Shown piece by piece: positions 37,302 through 46,149 of a DNA stretch of 64,000 nt. The stretch comes from a virus. The notes beneath the pieces are model-generated. The model had not been told where the DNA came from, did not search any database, and was given only the letters and a program-made list of their open reading frames with translations. How positions within the stretch are numbered: position 1 is the stretch's first letter; every line of letters starts with the position of its first letter. The translations under genes and the position numbers were made by a program. The DNA is taken from the IMG/VR virus record IMGVR_UViG_3300044614_002617, positions 32,001 to 96,000 of that record; one strand, 5' to 3'.

Positions 37302-38687
37302 ATGGCTTTAAAAACAATATATCAAGGCCCAAATGGCGCCGTTGCTATAGATGAACAGCAGAATACGACTGTATCTGCTGATTATAATGCTGTTTTTTCT
37401 GATTATATTATCACTGCCACAGGAGCAGGAAACTTTACGATTACCCTACCTCCAGCAAATCCGTCCAACGGTAAAAATGTAGTCGTTAAGTGCTTGACTA
37501 CAAACCCAATCACAGTGAGCGCTCAAAGCGGAGAGTTTATTGACACTGTACCCTCCAAGGCTCTTTTAAACGGCGAAGTTCTTGAGGTGCTAAGTGACGG
37601 TACCAAATGGATTAATACCGCAGGCGATGCAATCTCTGGTTCAAAAATTATTAACGGAACTGTTACCGGAGATAAATTAGCTGCCAACAGTGTTACTGCT
37701 GACAAATTAGCTACTAACAGTGTTACTGCGGATAAAATCGCTAACAATACAATAACAGGAGCAAAATTAGCCGCAGACAGCGTTACGGCCGACAAAATTG
37801 CCACTGGAGCCGTTGGAACAACTGAAATTAGTACAAGTGCTGAGCCAACTGTTAGTACGATATATTCTAATAGTTGGTTTAGAAGCAATGGAAATTCTGG
37901 CTGGTACAATCAAACGTATGGCGGCGGAATTTTTATGGAATCTTCGGATGTTATAAAAACCTATGGAGGTAAAAATTTTTACTGTAGCGGACAAATTTCT
38001 GCAGGAAGCTTTTGGGGATCTTATTACGGAACAATGTACCCATCAACCATTAGGTTTTACCCAGACAATCCGGGATCTGGAACAGGAGATACCGCAATTA
38101 TGTCTTGGGGTCAAAAATCAAGTTTTACGGAAAATTGCAGACTAACCATTGAGGTTCAAAACGACCCAACCGATGATGTTTTAATTACAACAAATCAGGG
38201 ATATATACAAGTCGGCGGAACAGATTACGACGCCGGAATAAATATAAAAGCATCGAGTCAGATAATTTTATGGTATCCCAATAGACGTTTTGTATTACAA
38301 TCCGATGGAAATGCGGTAATATACAATCAATTTGGTACGGCAGTGTGGGCATCGGGAACAGCCGGTTCGGATCTTAAATTAAAAGAAAATATAAAAACAT
38401 ATACAGAGCTCAGTGTAGAAAAAATTAAAAAATTAAGAGTAATAGAGTTTAATTATATAGAAAATTACGATAATTCTATGGAAACAAAAGTAGGTTTTAT
38501 TGCTCAAGATGTAGAAAAAATTATACCTCAAGCGGTAAAAAGCATTGGTCAAAATCAAGAAAAAACTCTTTTGCTTCATAAAGAAGAAATAGTTCCGTAT
38601 CTTGTAAAAGCCGTTCAGGAGCAGCAAACACAAATAGAAGCTTTGGAAGAACGAATTAAAAAATTAGAAGAATTGATAAAATATTAA
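37302..38687 (+). CDS. Tail fibre with C-terminal peptidase S74 intramolecular chaperone
   Basis: VTADKLA 10-aa repeats; WFRSNG.SGWY; SDLKLKENI...GFIAQDV...LVKAVQE; QSDGNAVIY lectin-like motif. Confidence 0.85.
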   Translation: MALKTIYQGPNGAVAIDEQQNTTVSADYNAVFSDYIITATGAGNFTITLPPANPSNGKNVVVKCLTTNPITVSAQSGEFIDTVPSKALLNGEVLEVLSDGTKWINTAGDAISGSKIINGTVTGDKLAANSVTADKLATNSVTADKIANNTITGAKLAADSVTADKIATGAVGTTEISTSAEPTVSTIYSNSWFRSNGNSGWYNQTYGGGIFMESSDVIKTYGGKNFYCSGQISAGSFWGSYYGTMYPSTIRFYPDNPGSGTGDTAIMSWGQKSSFTENCRLTIEVQNDPTDDVLITTNQGYIQVGGTDYDAGINIKASSQIILWYPNRRFVLQSDGNAVIYNQFGTAVWASGTAGSDLKLKENIKTYTELSVEKIKKLRVIEFNYIENYDNSMETKVGFIAQDVEKIIPQAVKSIGQNQEKTLLLHKEEIVPYLVKAVQEQQTQIEALEERIKKLEELIKY

Positions 38688-38711
38688 TTTTATTAAAAAA
38701 AGGAAGTAATC

Positions 38712-39131
38712 ATGGCAAATTCAGCAATTGCAACAGCTACCCTAACAGACCTAAGAACTCGCTATCAAGACGGGAGTTTGAAAATTGATTATGGTGTTTT
38801 TAGTCCAACTGTTGATGTAAGTAGTAATACTGTTGATGCTTCTTTGGGCGCGAACTTTAAAGCCTTGGGTTCGGGCAACAGAACCTTGTCTGTTCATAAT
38901 ATGAAAGATGGCCAATCTGTAACGATTTTAGTTCAAGGCGCAGTAAACGATGCTATTACGTTAAATGCGTACTCCGACGGAGGAGTAACAGCATTATCGG
39001 TAAAATTTGCTGCAGGTCAAAACGGAATTATGGCTTCTGCATGGTCGTTGTTTACTGTTATGAGAATCGGTGGGACAAGCGGCGCAGGCGCTAATTTTGC
39101 CGTTGTTGGTGTAATGCACGGAATTTCATAA
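38712..39131 (+). CDS. Virion adaptor-like protein, paralog of 27087
   Basis: Aligns over its full length with 27087. Confidence 0.6.
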   Translation: MANSAIATATLTDLRTRYQDGSLKIDYGVFSPTVDVSSNTVDASLGANFKALGSGNRTLSVHNMKDGQSVTILVQGAVNDAITLNAYSDGGVTALSVKFAAGQNGIMASAWSLFTVMRIGGTSGAGANFAVVGVMHGIS

Positions 39132-39142
39132 GAGAGATAAAA

Positions 39143-40516
39143 ATGATATTCAATGCTCCAATTAAAGTAACCCCTCAAAGAACCGAAGAAGTTGAAGAAA
39201 AAATTACATCTTCTACAACAAAAACAATGACATCTGCATATGTACCTCAAAGCATTAAGGTTTGGGGTATTGGCGGAGGCGCAGGAGGAGGAGGAGGCGG
39301 GAGCGGAAGCAACGGTAGCTCCGGTGGGGCGGGATGGACAGGCGAAACCGGTGGAGGCGGTAGCGGGAGTGCTGGGTCAAATGCTCCCGATCAGTATTCC
39401 AATCCCGGAAATTCAGGAACCGGGGGTACAGCTTATGGAGGTTACGGTGGAGCTGGTGGAGCGGGTGGAAGCGGAGGCTCGGGCGGAAATGGTGGAGCGG
39501 GCGGAAACGGGGGCGGCCGAGGAGCTGGAAACTTAAATGGTTACCTTGCCGGAAACTCTTTTGACAGCTTAGCCGATTACATTGGAAATTTGACTTTGAG
39601 TATTACTATCGGTAGCGGGGGATCTGCCAATTCAAGTGGCGGCACTACTGTTGTTGCAATTAACGCTGTGCCTAAAATTACCTATTCCGGTGGCCTGCTG
39701 TCTGCAGGAAATGCTGGAAACGGAGGGGGTTTTGGCAGTGGAGGAGGTAGTGGCAGTGGAGGAGGATCCAGAGGCTCTGGCCAGGTTTTGGGACCAAACG
39801 GTAAGGATGCTAGGGGGGCGCCGGGCGGCGGTCGCGGTGGCGGAGGTTCTGGAGGTGGCGGAGGTTCTGGAGGTGGCGGAGGTTCTGGCGGAGCAGGCCA
39901 ATCTGGAATAATTATTTCAGGAATCGAATATGGCGGAGGGGGCTCTGGTGGGGCCGGAGGTTCCGGCGGAGCTGGCGGAGCCGGAGGTAACGGCGGAGCG
40001 GGCGGAAACGGTGGCATGGGATATGGAGGCGGCGGAGGAGGAAGCTTTGAGTCTGCCTTTAGAAACGGTGGCTCCGGAGGAGCTGGGTGGGCAGGCGGAG
40101 GAGGCGGATCTACTGGGGCGCCATCATCATTTTCAGGAAGCGGAGGTATATCCATTTATAGCGGAAGATCCGGCGGTTCTGGGGGGCAAGGTGCATTAAG
40201 AACCACGGTAGGATATGTTTATTTTTATGGCGGTGGCGGCGGCGGAGGAGGAACGTGGCAAAACGGAGGAAGAGGTACAAATGCATCGGCAATAAGCCAA
40301 ACGCATGGAACAGCCGGAGCCGGCGGCGCTGATGGCGGCGGAGGCGGTGGGCGGTTTGGATCCGGTGGTGGTCGCGGTGGCGCTGGGGGCGGAGTTGGTG
40401 GAGCTGGAGGAGACGGCGGAGCATCTGGCGCTGGGGGCGGAAGCGGACAAACCGGACAAGCTGGACAAGCTGGCAAAAATGGCATAATAATATTAAGATA
40501 TAAAATATTCAAATAA
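39143..40516 (+). CDS. Glycine-rich adhesin, paralog of 27484
   Basis: EEKITSS.TKTMTSAYVPQSIKVWG and GQAGQAGKNGIII.RYK.F shared. Confidence 0.65.
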   Translation: MIFNAPIKVTPQRTEEVEEKITSSTTKTMTSAYVPQSIKVWGIGGGAGGGGGGSGSNGSSGGAGWTGETGGGGSGSAGSNAPDQYSNPGNSGTGGTAYGGYGGAGGAGGSGGSGGNGGAGGNGGGRGAGNLNGYLAGNSFDSLADYIGNLTLSITIGSGGSANSSGGTTVVAINAVPKITYSGGLLSAGNAGNGGGFGSGGGSGSGGGSRGSGQVLGPNGKDARGAPGGGRGGGGSGGGGGSGGGGGSGGAGQSGIIISGIEYGGGGSGGAGGSGGAGGAGGNGGAGGNGGMGYGGGGGGSFESAFRNGGSGGAGWAGGGGGSTGAPSSFSGSGGISIYSGRSGGSGGQGALRTTVGYVYFYGGGGGGGGTWQNGGRGTNASAISQTHGTAGAGGADGGGGGGRFGSGGGRGGAGGGVGGAGGDGGASGAGGGSGQTGQAGQAGKNGIIILRYKIFK

Positions 40517-40529
40517 GGAGGCAACTATC

Positions 40530-41078
40530 ATGGCACTAAGAGATTATCTTTCTGCAAAGACCTATACTGCAATTTCAAATTTAATCTACGAAAAAAACCT
40601 CAAACGCTGCACAGCGATGCTTGAGATCTGGACAGATGATTCAAAAACGCTTCTTCTCGCAAACAAAGGCGTAACAATTGACGGAACAATTAAAATTCCT
40701 CCTGTCGCAAGTCTAGAGATTCTAGCTCAATCTGAGCCAGAAGACAAAAACCCTGACATGTACTATATTATTGCTCAAGACGCAAAAGGCTCATTTGCTG
40801 GTTATGAAGGACAGCTAACGCGGTTCAACCCACATACAAATAATTGGGATAAGTGGGTTTTGTGGGAAGGTCTTATGGTTTTTGTTGAAGATGAAAGTAA
40901 GTATTATCAAAGAGTCGACGGAAACTGGAAAGAAAATCTAGATTGCTCTTCCGATGCTCGCATTTGGGACAAATGGATGGCTCCCGAAATTGCTATGGCA
41001 AAGGGAACCAATCCTATGCAACAAATGTATAAATTTATGAAAACATTGCCACAATTTAAAAACTGCAAAGACGCTTAA
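40530..41078 (+). CDS. Protein with DUF2793-like domain
   Basis: YYII...A.G.FAG.EGQL......W......EG..VFVEDE..YY....G.W. Confidence 0.55.
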   Translation: MALRDYLSAKTYTAISNLIYEKNLKRCTAMLEIWTDDSKTLLLANKGVTIDGTIKIPPVASLEILAQSEPEDKNPDMYYIIAQDAKGSFAGYEGQLTRFNPHTNNWDKWVLWEGLMVFVEDESKYYQRVDGNWKENLDCSSDARIWDKWMAPEIAMAKGTNPMQQMYKFMKTLPQFKNCKDA

Positions 41079-41094
41079 AAATAATTATAGACAC

Positions 41095-41133
41095 AATCTC
41101 CATCATCTGATATATGGATGATGGAGATTTTTT
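41095..41133 (+). terminator. 13-bp hairpin plus T run overlapping the RBS of 41134
   Basis: AATCTCCATCATC-N9-GATGATGGAGATT followed by TTTT. Confidence 0.55.
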
Positions 41134-41655
41134 ATGAATCAGTTTTACGTGAGAAAAAAATTTATGGTTTTTGTGGCTTATCTTTTAATGGGTACATTAT
41201 TAACTGCCTATGGGGTTGACCGCTATAGGTTCAAAGGCCCTAAATACCAAGCTCCAGAAACCATCGAAGCCGTCGATTACTTTAAAGCAAAATGTATAGA
41301 ATATAAAGTTCAAGATTATTGCGCGTATGGATTTCGCAATCTTGTAAGAATTGATGTAGTAAATGAAATTTGGTTTCAATCTCACAATAAAGATATTGTT
41401 CATATCGGTTTGGCCGAATATTCTGTCTTTTCTCCCTTAACAAAAATTTCAATTGACAAAAGGCTACTAGCCGATAAAGTAATTTTTGACACAACTGTTA
41501 TTCATGAGTTGGGGCATGCTGTGTTAAATCTTGACCACAACGACGAAAAGCCGGCAATCATGAACTCTTCGGTTGGAGACAGTTATTTTTTACAGGCAAA
41601 TTATGAAATATTAATAAATGAAATGTTTAAAGATTTTAGCGATTCAGTGAAATAA
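41134..41655 (+). CDS. Membrane-anchored metzincin/matrixin-like metalloprotease
   Basis: N-terminal TM; HELGHAVLNLDH with downstream IMN Met-turn. Confidence 0.75.
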   Translation: MNQFYVRKKFMVFVAYLLMGTLLTAYGVDRYRFKGPKYQAPETIEAVDYFKAKCIEYKVQDYCAYGFRNLVRIDVVNEIWFQSHNKDIVHIGLAEYSVFSPLTKISIDKRLLADKVIFDTTVIHELGHAVLNLDHNDEKPAIMNSSVGDSYFLQANYEILINEMFKDFSDSVK

Positions 41656-41678
41656 TTATTTGGTATGGGGGATTAAGA

Positions 41679-42557
41679 ATGGCTAACAATGACTTTGTAA
41701 CCGAAGAAAGTGTTAGGCAGCTGATTAATGAACTAATAGCCATTGAGTCTGCAGCCAGAGAAGCCCAAATTAATCAAGAAGCCGTTACGAGAGAGATAAA
41801 CGACGACGCTCTTGACCAACGGATTACTCAAGAAGTTGCAGAAAGACAGGAGCAGCTAAGATCGCTGCAAAACTCTGTAAACCAATCAATTACAAGGATT
41901 GATGGAAACGTCGCTCAGCTACAGGCACTGTTTAATCAAAGATATGACAAAACGACTCAACTTATCTCTAACCTTAACGCTTCTTTTGAGACAAAAATAG
42001 CTCTTCTAGACGGATTAATTGAAACAGTTAATTCCAATAAAGCAAAGCTAGATATTATCCTAGGAAACGAAACGGTTGCGGGCTCTATCGCGAAGACACT
42101 GTTTGATGCCAAAGCGTATACAGACAGCAAGGTTCAAGAGGTACTGGGGGGCGCGCCAGAGCTTTTAGATACTCTTAAAGAGCTAGCAGATTCGTTGGGA
42201 AACGATTCAAACTTTATTACGACTGTAAATAACTCAATACAGGAACTCAGGAACACATCTGCGTCTAACAAACAAGATATTTTAAATCTACTGTCTCAAG
42301 ACCTTATTAAGAAAAAAGTAATACCTATCACTCAAGCGCATATTCAGCAAGGATATGTGGAACTAGACGATATTGAAATTGTTCCCGATTCGATCGTTGC
42401 TTTTATTAATCGTCTTGGTTTGTTTGAAGGCGAGGACTTCTCTGTATCAGAAGTCGGAAGCAAAACAAGATTTATCTTTCAAAACAACTTACTGCAAAAC
42501 GCTTATGAAGAGTTAGAGGCAGGCGATGTTTTGAGGGTAAAATATTGGACTTTGTAA
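41679..42557 (+). CDS. Coiled-coil fibre protein (family member)
   Basis: APELLDTLKELADSL; C-terminal domain shared with 42609 and 46150. Confidence 0.65.
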   Translation: MANNDFVTEESVRQLINELIAIESAAREAQINQEAVTREINDDALDQRITQEVAERQEQLRSLQNSVNQSITRIDGNVAQLQALFNQRYDKTTQLISNLNASFETKIALLDGLIETVNSNKAKLDIILGNETVAGSIAKTLFDAKAYTDSKVQEVLGGAPELLDTLKELADSLGNDSNFITTVNNSIQELRNTSASNKQDILNLLSQDLIKKKVIPITQAHIQQGYVELDDIEIVPDSIVAFINRLGLFEGEDFSVSEVGSKTRFIFQNNLLQNAYEELEAGDVLRVKYWTL

Positions 42558-42608
42558 TTTTTCTTTGTTAAATAAGGACTATACCGTTTAAACAAAGGAG
42601 AAGAGTAG

Positions 42609-45600
42609 ATGACGGTCAACTTAAGAATTAAGAAAAAGAACATTGACGATAATGCGATTGACGGTACAAAAATTCAACTTCTTCAAAATGAATCGGTAAA
42701 AGCCGTTGACTCTTCTGGACAAGTCGTTGACCTTGTTAAGTTAGATGCAAACGGAAATGTTTTAGGTAACGGCCACGAATTGGCTAAAAAAGCAGATCTT
42801 ATTCAAGAAGCTTCTAGTCGGGTTGCAGGCGACAACTCCTTGGATGCTCGTCTAGATATTCTTGAAGGCGACGCACAGACAGTCGGTTCCGTTCAAAAAG
42901 CTCTTAAAGACGGAAAAGACTATACAGACGAGCAGCTACTAAACGAAAAAACCGCTCGCATTAATGCTGATAACGTATTGCAACAAAACATTGATACGGA
43001 AACTTTGGCCAGAATCGACGCAGACCGAGAAGAGCAGTCTGCTCGTATTGCTGCAGATAATCTAGAAAAGTCTCAAAGAGAAGCTGCAGATGTGGAGCTT
43101 CGAGGGCTGATTGATGATGAAGTTGCTGCAAGAATTTCGGGAGACTCTTCCTTAACCCAAAGACTAAACTCTTTGGAAGCCGATGAAAACACAGACGGAT
43201 CTCTCTTAAAAATTTTTAAAGATGCCAAAACATATACAGACACAAAAGTAAACATTGAAATCACCTCCAGAAGGGCTGCCGACAACTCTCTCGATGCTCG
43301 TCTAGATGTTGTTCAGGGAGATAGTGGCACTCCGGGCTCTATTGCTAAGGCGCAGTGGGATGCCGAAAGATACGCTGACAGCGAAGTTGCTGCCGAAAGG
43401 GCACTTCGTGAAGACGGAGACTCCGACCTATACTCTAAAATTGAACTCGAAGTGACAAGCTTGTATGCAGCCATAAATTCAGCGCAGCACAGTTTGGGCA
43501 CACGAATCACAGATGAGACAAATCAAAGAGTCAACGGAGACAACTCCCTTGATGCCCGCCTAGACGTAGTCCAAGGCGATGAAAATACTGCGGGTTCTAT
43601 CTCTAAGGCTTTAAAAGATGCTAAGGCTTACACAGACCAAAAGGCTCTTGATGCCGACGCTAATCTAATTAACGCAATTAACACCGAAACAACGCTGCGT
43701 ATTGCTTCAGATAATTCTCTCGATGCTCGTCTAGACGTAGTTCAAGGCAATGAGAATACTGCGGGCTCTGTTCTTAAATCGCTTAAAGACGCTAAGGAAT
43801 ATACAGACGGTCAGGTTGCTGTTGAAAAAACAAGAGCAATGACCGCAGAAGCCAGCCTAAATACCAAGATTGAGTTCTTTAAAGACAACGCAGATCCGGC
43901 GGCAATCGACTCCCTTAAGGAAATTGTAACTGCATTCCAAGCTGCGGACAATAACCTTAATAATGCTATTAGTAATATCTCTGTAAACGTAACTGCTGAA
44001 CTTAATGCAGAAATTACTTCTAGAAGGGCTGCCGACACCAGTCTGGACTCTAAGATTACGGCCACCGTTTCTGTAGAAGCTTCAATTAGAGCTTTGTCTG
44101 ATACTAATTTAGGCTCTCGAATCGACACCGAAATAACTAATCGCACAAATGGCGACAATAGTTTGGGCACACGAATTACGGACGAAACAAACCAAAGAGT
44201 CGCTGGAGATAATTCCCTAACTACACGTCTAAATGTAGTTCAAGGCGATGAAAATACTGCGGGTTCTATCTCTAAGGCTTTAAAAGACGCTAAAGCATAC
44301 ACAGACCAAAAGGCTCTCGACGCTGATGCCAACCTGCTTAATGCGATTAATGCAGAGGTTACCTCTAGGCAGGCTGCCGTTAGTTCGGAGGCTACATCTA
44401 GAGCCAACGGAGACAACTCTCTTGATGCGCGTCTAGATGTAGTTCAGGGAGATGGTACCCCGGGATCCATCTCTAAAGCTCAGTATGATGCTGAAAGGTA
44501 CGCTGATCACGTTGTTGCTATCGAAAAAACAAGAGCTATTACTGCAGAAAATAGCCTCCACTATCGTTTAAATTTCTTTGAAGAAAACACAGATAGCGCT
44601 AAACTTGATTCTCTAAAAGAAATTGTAGACGCTTTCCAGTCTGCAGACGGTAACCTTAATAATGCCATTAGCAATATTTCCGTAAACGTAACTGCTGAAC
44701 TTAATGCAGAAATCACCTCCAGAAGGGCTGCCGAGTCATCCCTCGACGAAAGATTGGACATTGTTCAAGGAGATAGTGGCACTCCGGGCTCTATTGCTAA
44801 GGCGCAGTGGGATGCCGAAAGATACGCTGACAGCGAAGTTGCCCATGAGCGCATCAGGGCAGAAACCGCCGAGGCGTCACTAAGAAATGCGGTCAATGAC
44901 GAAGCCAGCGCTAGGCTATCGGGAGACGCGGATTTAAGTTCTAGAATCAGCGTACTTGAAGGCGATTATCTAACTACCGGCTCTATTGCCAATATGTTGG
45001 CTCAAGCAAAAGAGTATACAGATCAAGAGATTGACAAAGAAGAGTCGGCTCGAATCGCTGATGTTAATGCGGAAGAGTCTGCACGTATTCAAGCAATTAA
45101 TACAGAAGCGACTGCCCGAGCGGACGGCGATGATCAGTTGGCTAGTCTTATTCAGGCTGAAACGAATAACCGTGTGTCAGCTATTAATACTGAAAGAAAT
45201 TCAAGAACTTCTGCCGTCAACCAACTTAATAGTAAAATTGACACAGAGACAAACAGTCGTCAAACAGCTGTAATTAGTCTTGAAAATGCTTTGGAAGACG
45301 AAACGACTTATCGCATTGAAAGCGATTCTGAGTTGCAAAGTCAAATAGACGATCTTTTAACCCGAGTAGGGGCGGTCGAAATTACGGCTGCTGAGGGTGG
45401 CTCTACTTTTGATTTGCAAGAAAAAACAGAAAGAATTGCGGCTGACTCTTCGTTAGAGGCGGCGATTTCTGCCGAAGTTACCTCAAGGCAACAGGCAATC
45501 GCTGATTTGGTTGGCGCGGCGCCGGCTCTTTTAGACACCCTAAAAGAATTGTCCGATGCTTTGGGTCAAGACGCTAACTTTGCAACAACTATTACAAATA

Positions 45601-45965
45601 GATTTAACGCAATTGAATCTAGCTTAACTATCGCCACTCAGGATGGAGTAATATATACAAATCAAAAACATGAAGAAATACTAAGTCTTATTTCTAACAC
45701 GTTGTTAAAGCAAGAATCTTTTGTTCTTGATGAAGAAGATGTTGCAAACGGGTATGTAGAGTGGCCAGAAACTGGAATTATCTTAAGATCCATTAATGCG
45801 TTTGCCGACCGTTTGTGTATTTTTGAAGGAACTGACTATTCCCTAACTGTAACGAATGGCATAGCTCGGCTTACATTCTTAAATAGTCTTACTGGCAACG
45901 GAGCAGAAGCGGTAGAGGAGGGTGATTCAATCAGGATCACTTATTGGAAAACTCCAACTACTTAA
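42609..45965 (+). CDS. Long repetitive coiled-coil fibre protein
   Basis: Repeated E..R...DNSLDARLDVVQG...GSI.KA..DA..Y.D units; shared N- and C-terminal domains. Confidence 0.7.
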   Translation: MTVNLRIKKKNIDDNAIDGTKIQLLQNESVKAVDSSGQVVDLVKLDANGNVLGNGHELAKKADLIQEASSRVAGDNSLDARLDILEGDAQTVGSVQKALKDGKDYTDEQLLNEKTARINADNVLQQNIDTETLARIDADREEQSARIAADNLEKSQREAADVELRGLIDDEVAARISGDSSLTQRLNSLEADENTDGSLLKIFKDAKTYTDTKVNIEITSRRAADNSLDARLDVVQGDSGTPGSIAKAQWDAERYADSEVAAERALREDGDSDLYSKIELEVTSLYAAINSAQHSLGTRITDETNQRVNGDNSLDARLDVVQGDENTAGSISKALKDAKAYTDQKALDADANLINAINTETTLRIASDNSLDARLDVVQGNENTAGSVLKSLKDAKEYTDGQVAVEKTRAMTAEASLNTKIEFFKDNADPAAIDSLKEIVTAFQAADNNLNNAISNISVNVTAELNAEITSRRAADTSLDSKITATVSVEASIRALSDTNLGSRIDTEITNRTNGDNSLGTRITDETNQRVAGDNSLTTRLNVVQGDENTAGSISKALKDAKAYTDQKALDADANLLNAINAEVTSRQAAVSSEATSRANGDNSLDARLDVVQGDGTPGSISKAQYDAERYADHVVAIEKTRAITAENSLHYRLNFFEENTDSAKLDSLKEIVDAFQSADGNLNNAISNISVNVTAELNAEITSRRAAESSLDERLDIVQGDSGTPGSIAKAQWDAERYADSEVAHERIRAETAEASLRNAVNDEASARLSGDADLSSRISVLEGDYLTTGSIANMLAQAKEYTDQEIDKEESARIADVNAEESARIQAINTEATARADGDDQLASLIQAETNNRVSAINTERNSRTSAVNQLNSKIDTETNSRQTAVISLENALEDETTYRIESDSELQSQIDDLLTRVGAVEITAAEGGSTFDLQEKTERIAADSSLEAAISAEVTSRQQAIADLVGAAPALLDTLKELSDALGQDANFATTITNRFNAIESSLTIATQDGVIYTNQKHEEILSLISNTLLKQESFVLDEEDVANGYVEWPETGIILRSINAFADRLCIFEGTDYSLTVTNGIARLTFLNSLTGNGAEAVEEGDSIRITYWKTPTT

Positions 45966-45994
45966 GTTTATTATATAAATTCCATACCCCCATG

Positions 45995-46027
45995 GAGTCA
46001 GCCTGCTATAGGCTGACTCTTTTTTTT
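45995..46027 (+). terminator. Intrinsic terminator
   Basis: GAGTCAGCCT-gctat-AGGCTGACTC followed by T8. Confidence 0.9.
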
Positions 46028-46149
46028 AATATATTGTTATTGTTAGTTTTTTTAAAAAAGATATTAAAAAATAAGAAAAAAAACAAAATTGATATTTTCT
46101 GATAAAATTATATTGCATTTTATTAACAGCCAAAAAGGAGAGGCAAGGA

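Noticed and set aside
39632-40524. Pro-rich and other alternate-frame ORFs over the Gly-rich genes (also 27599-28849)
   Set aside because: GGN codon runs lack stops in other frames; artefacts
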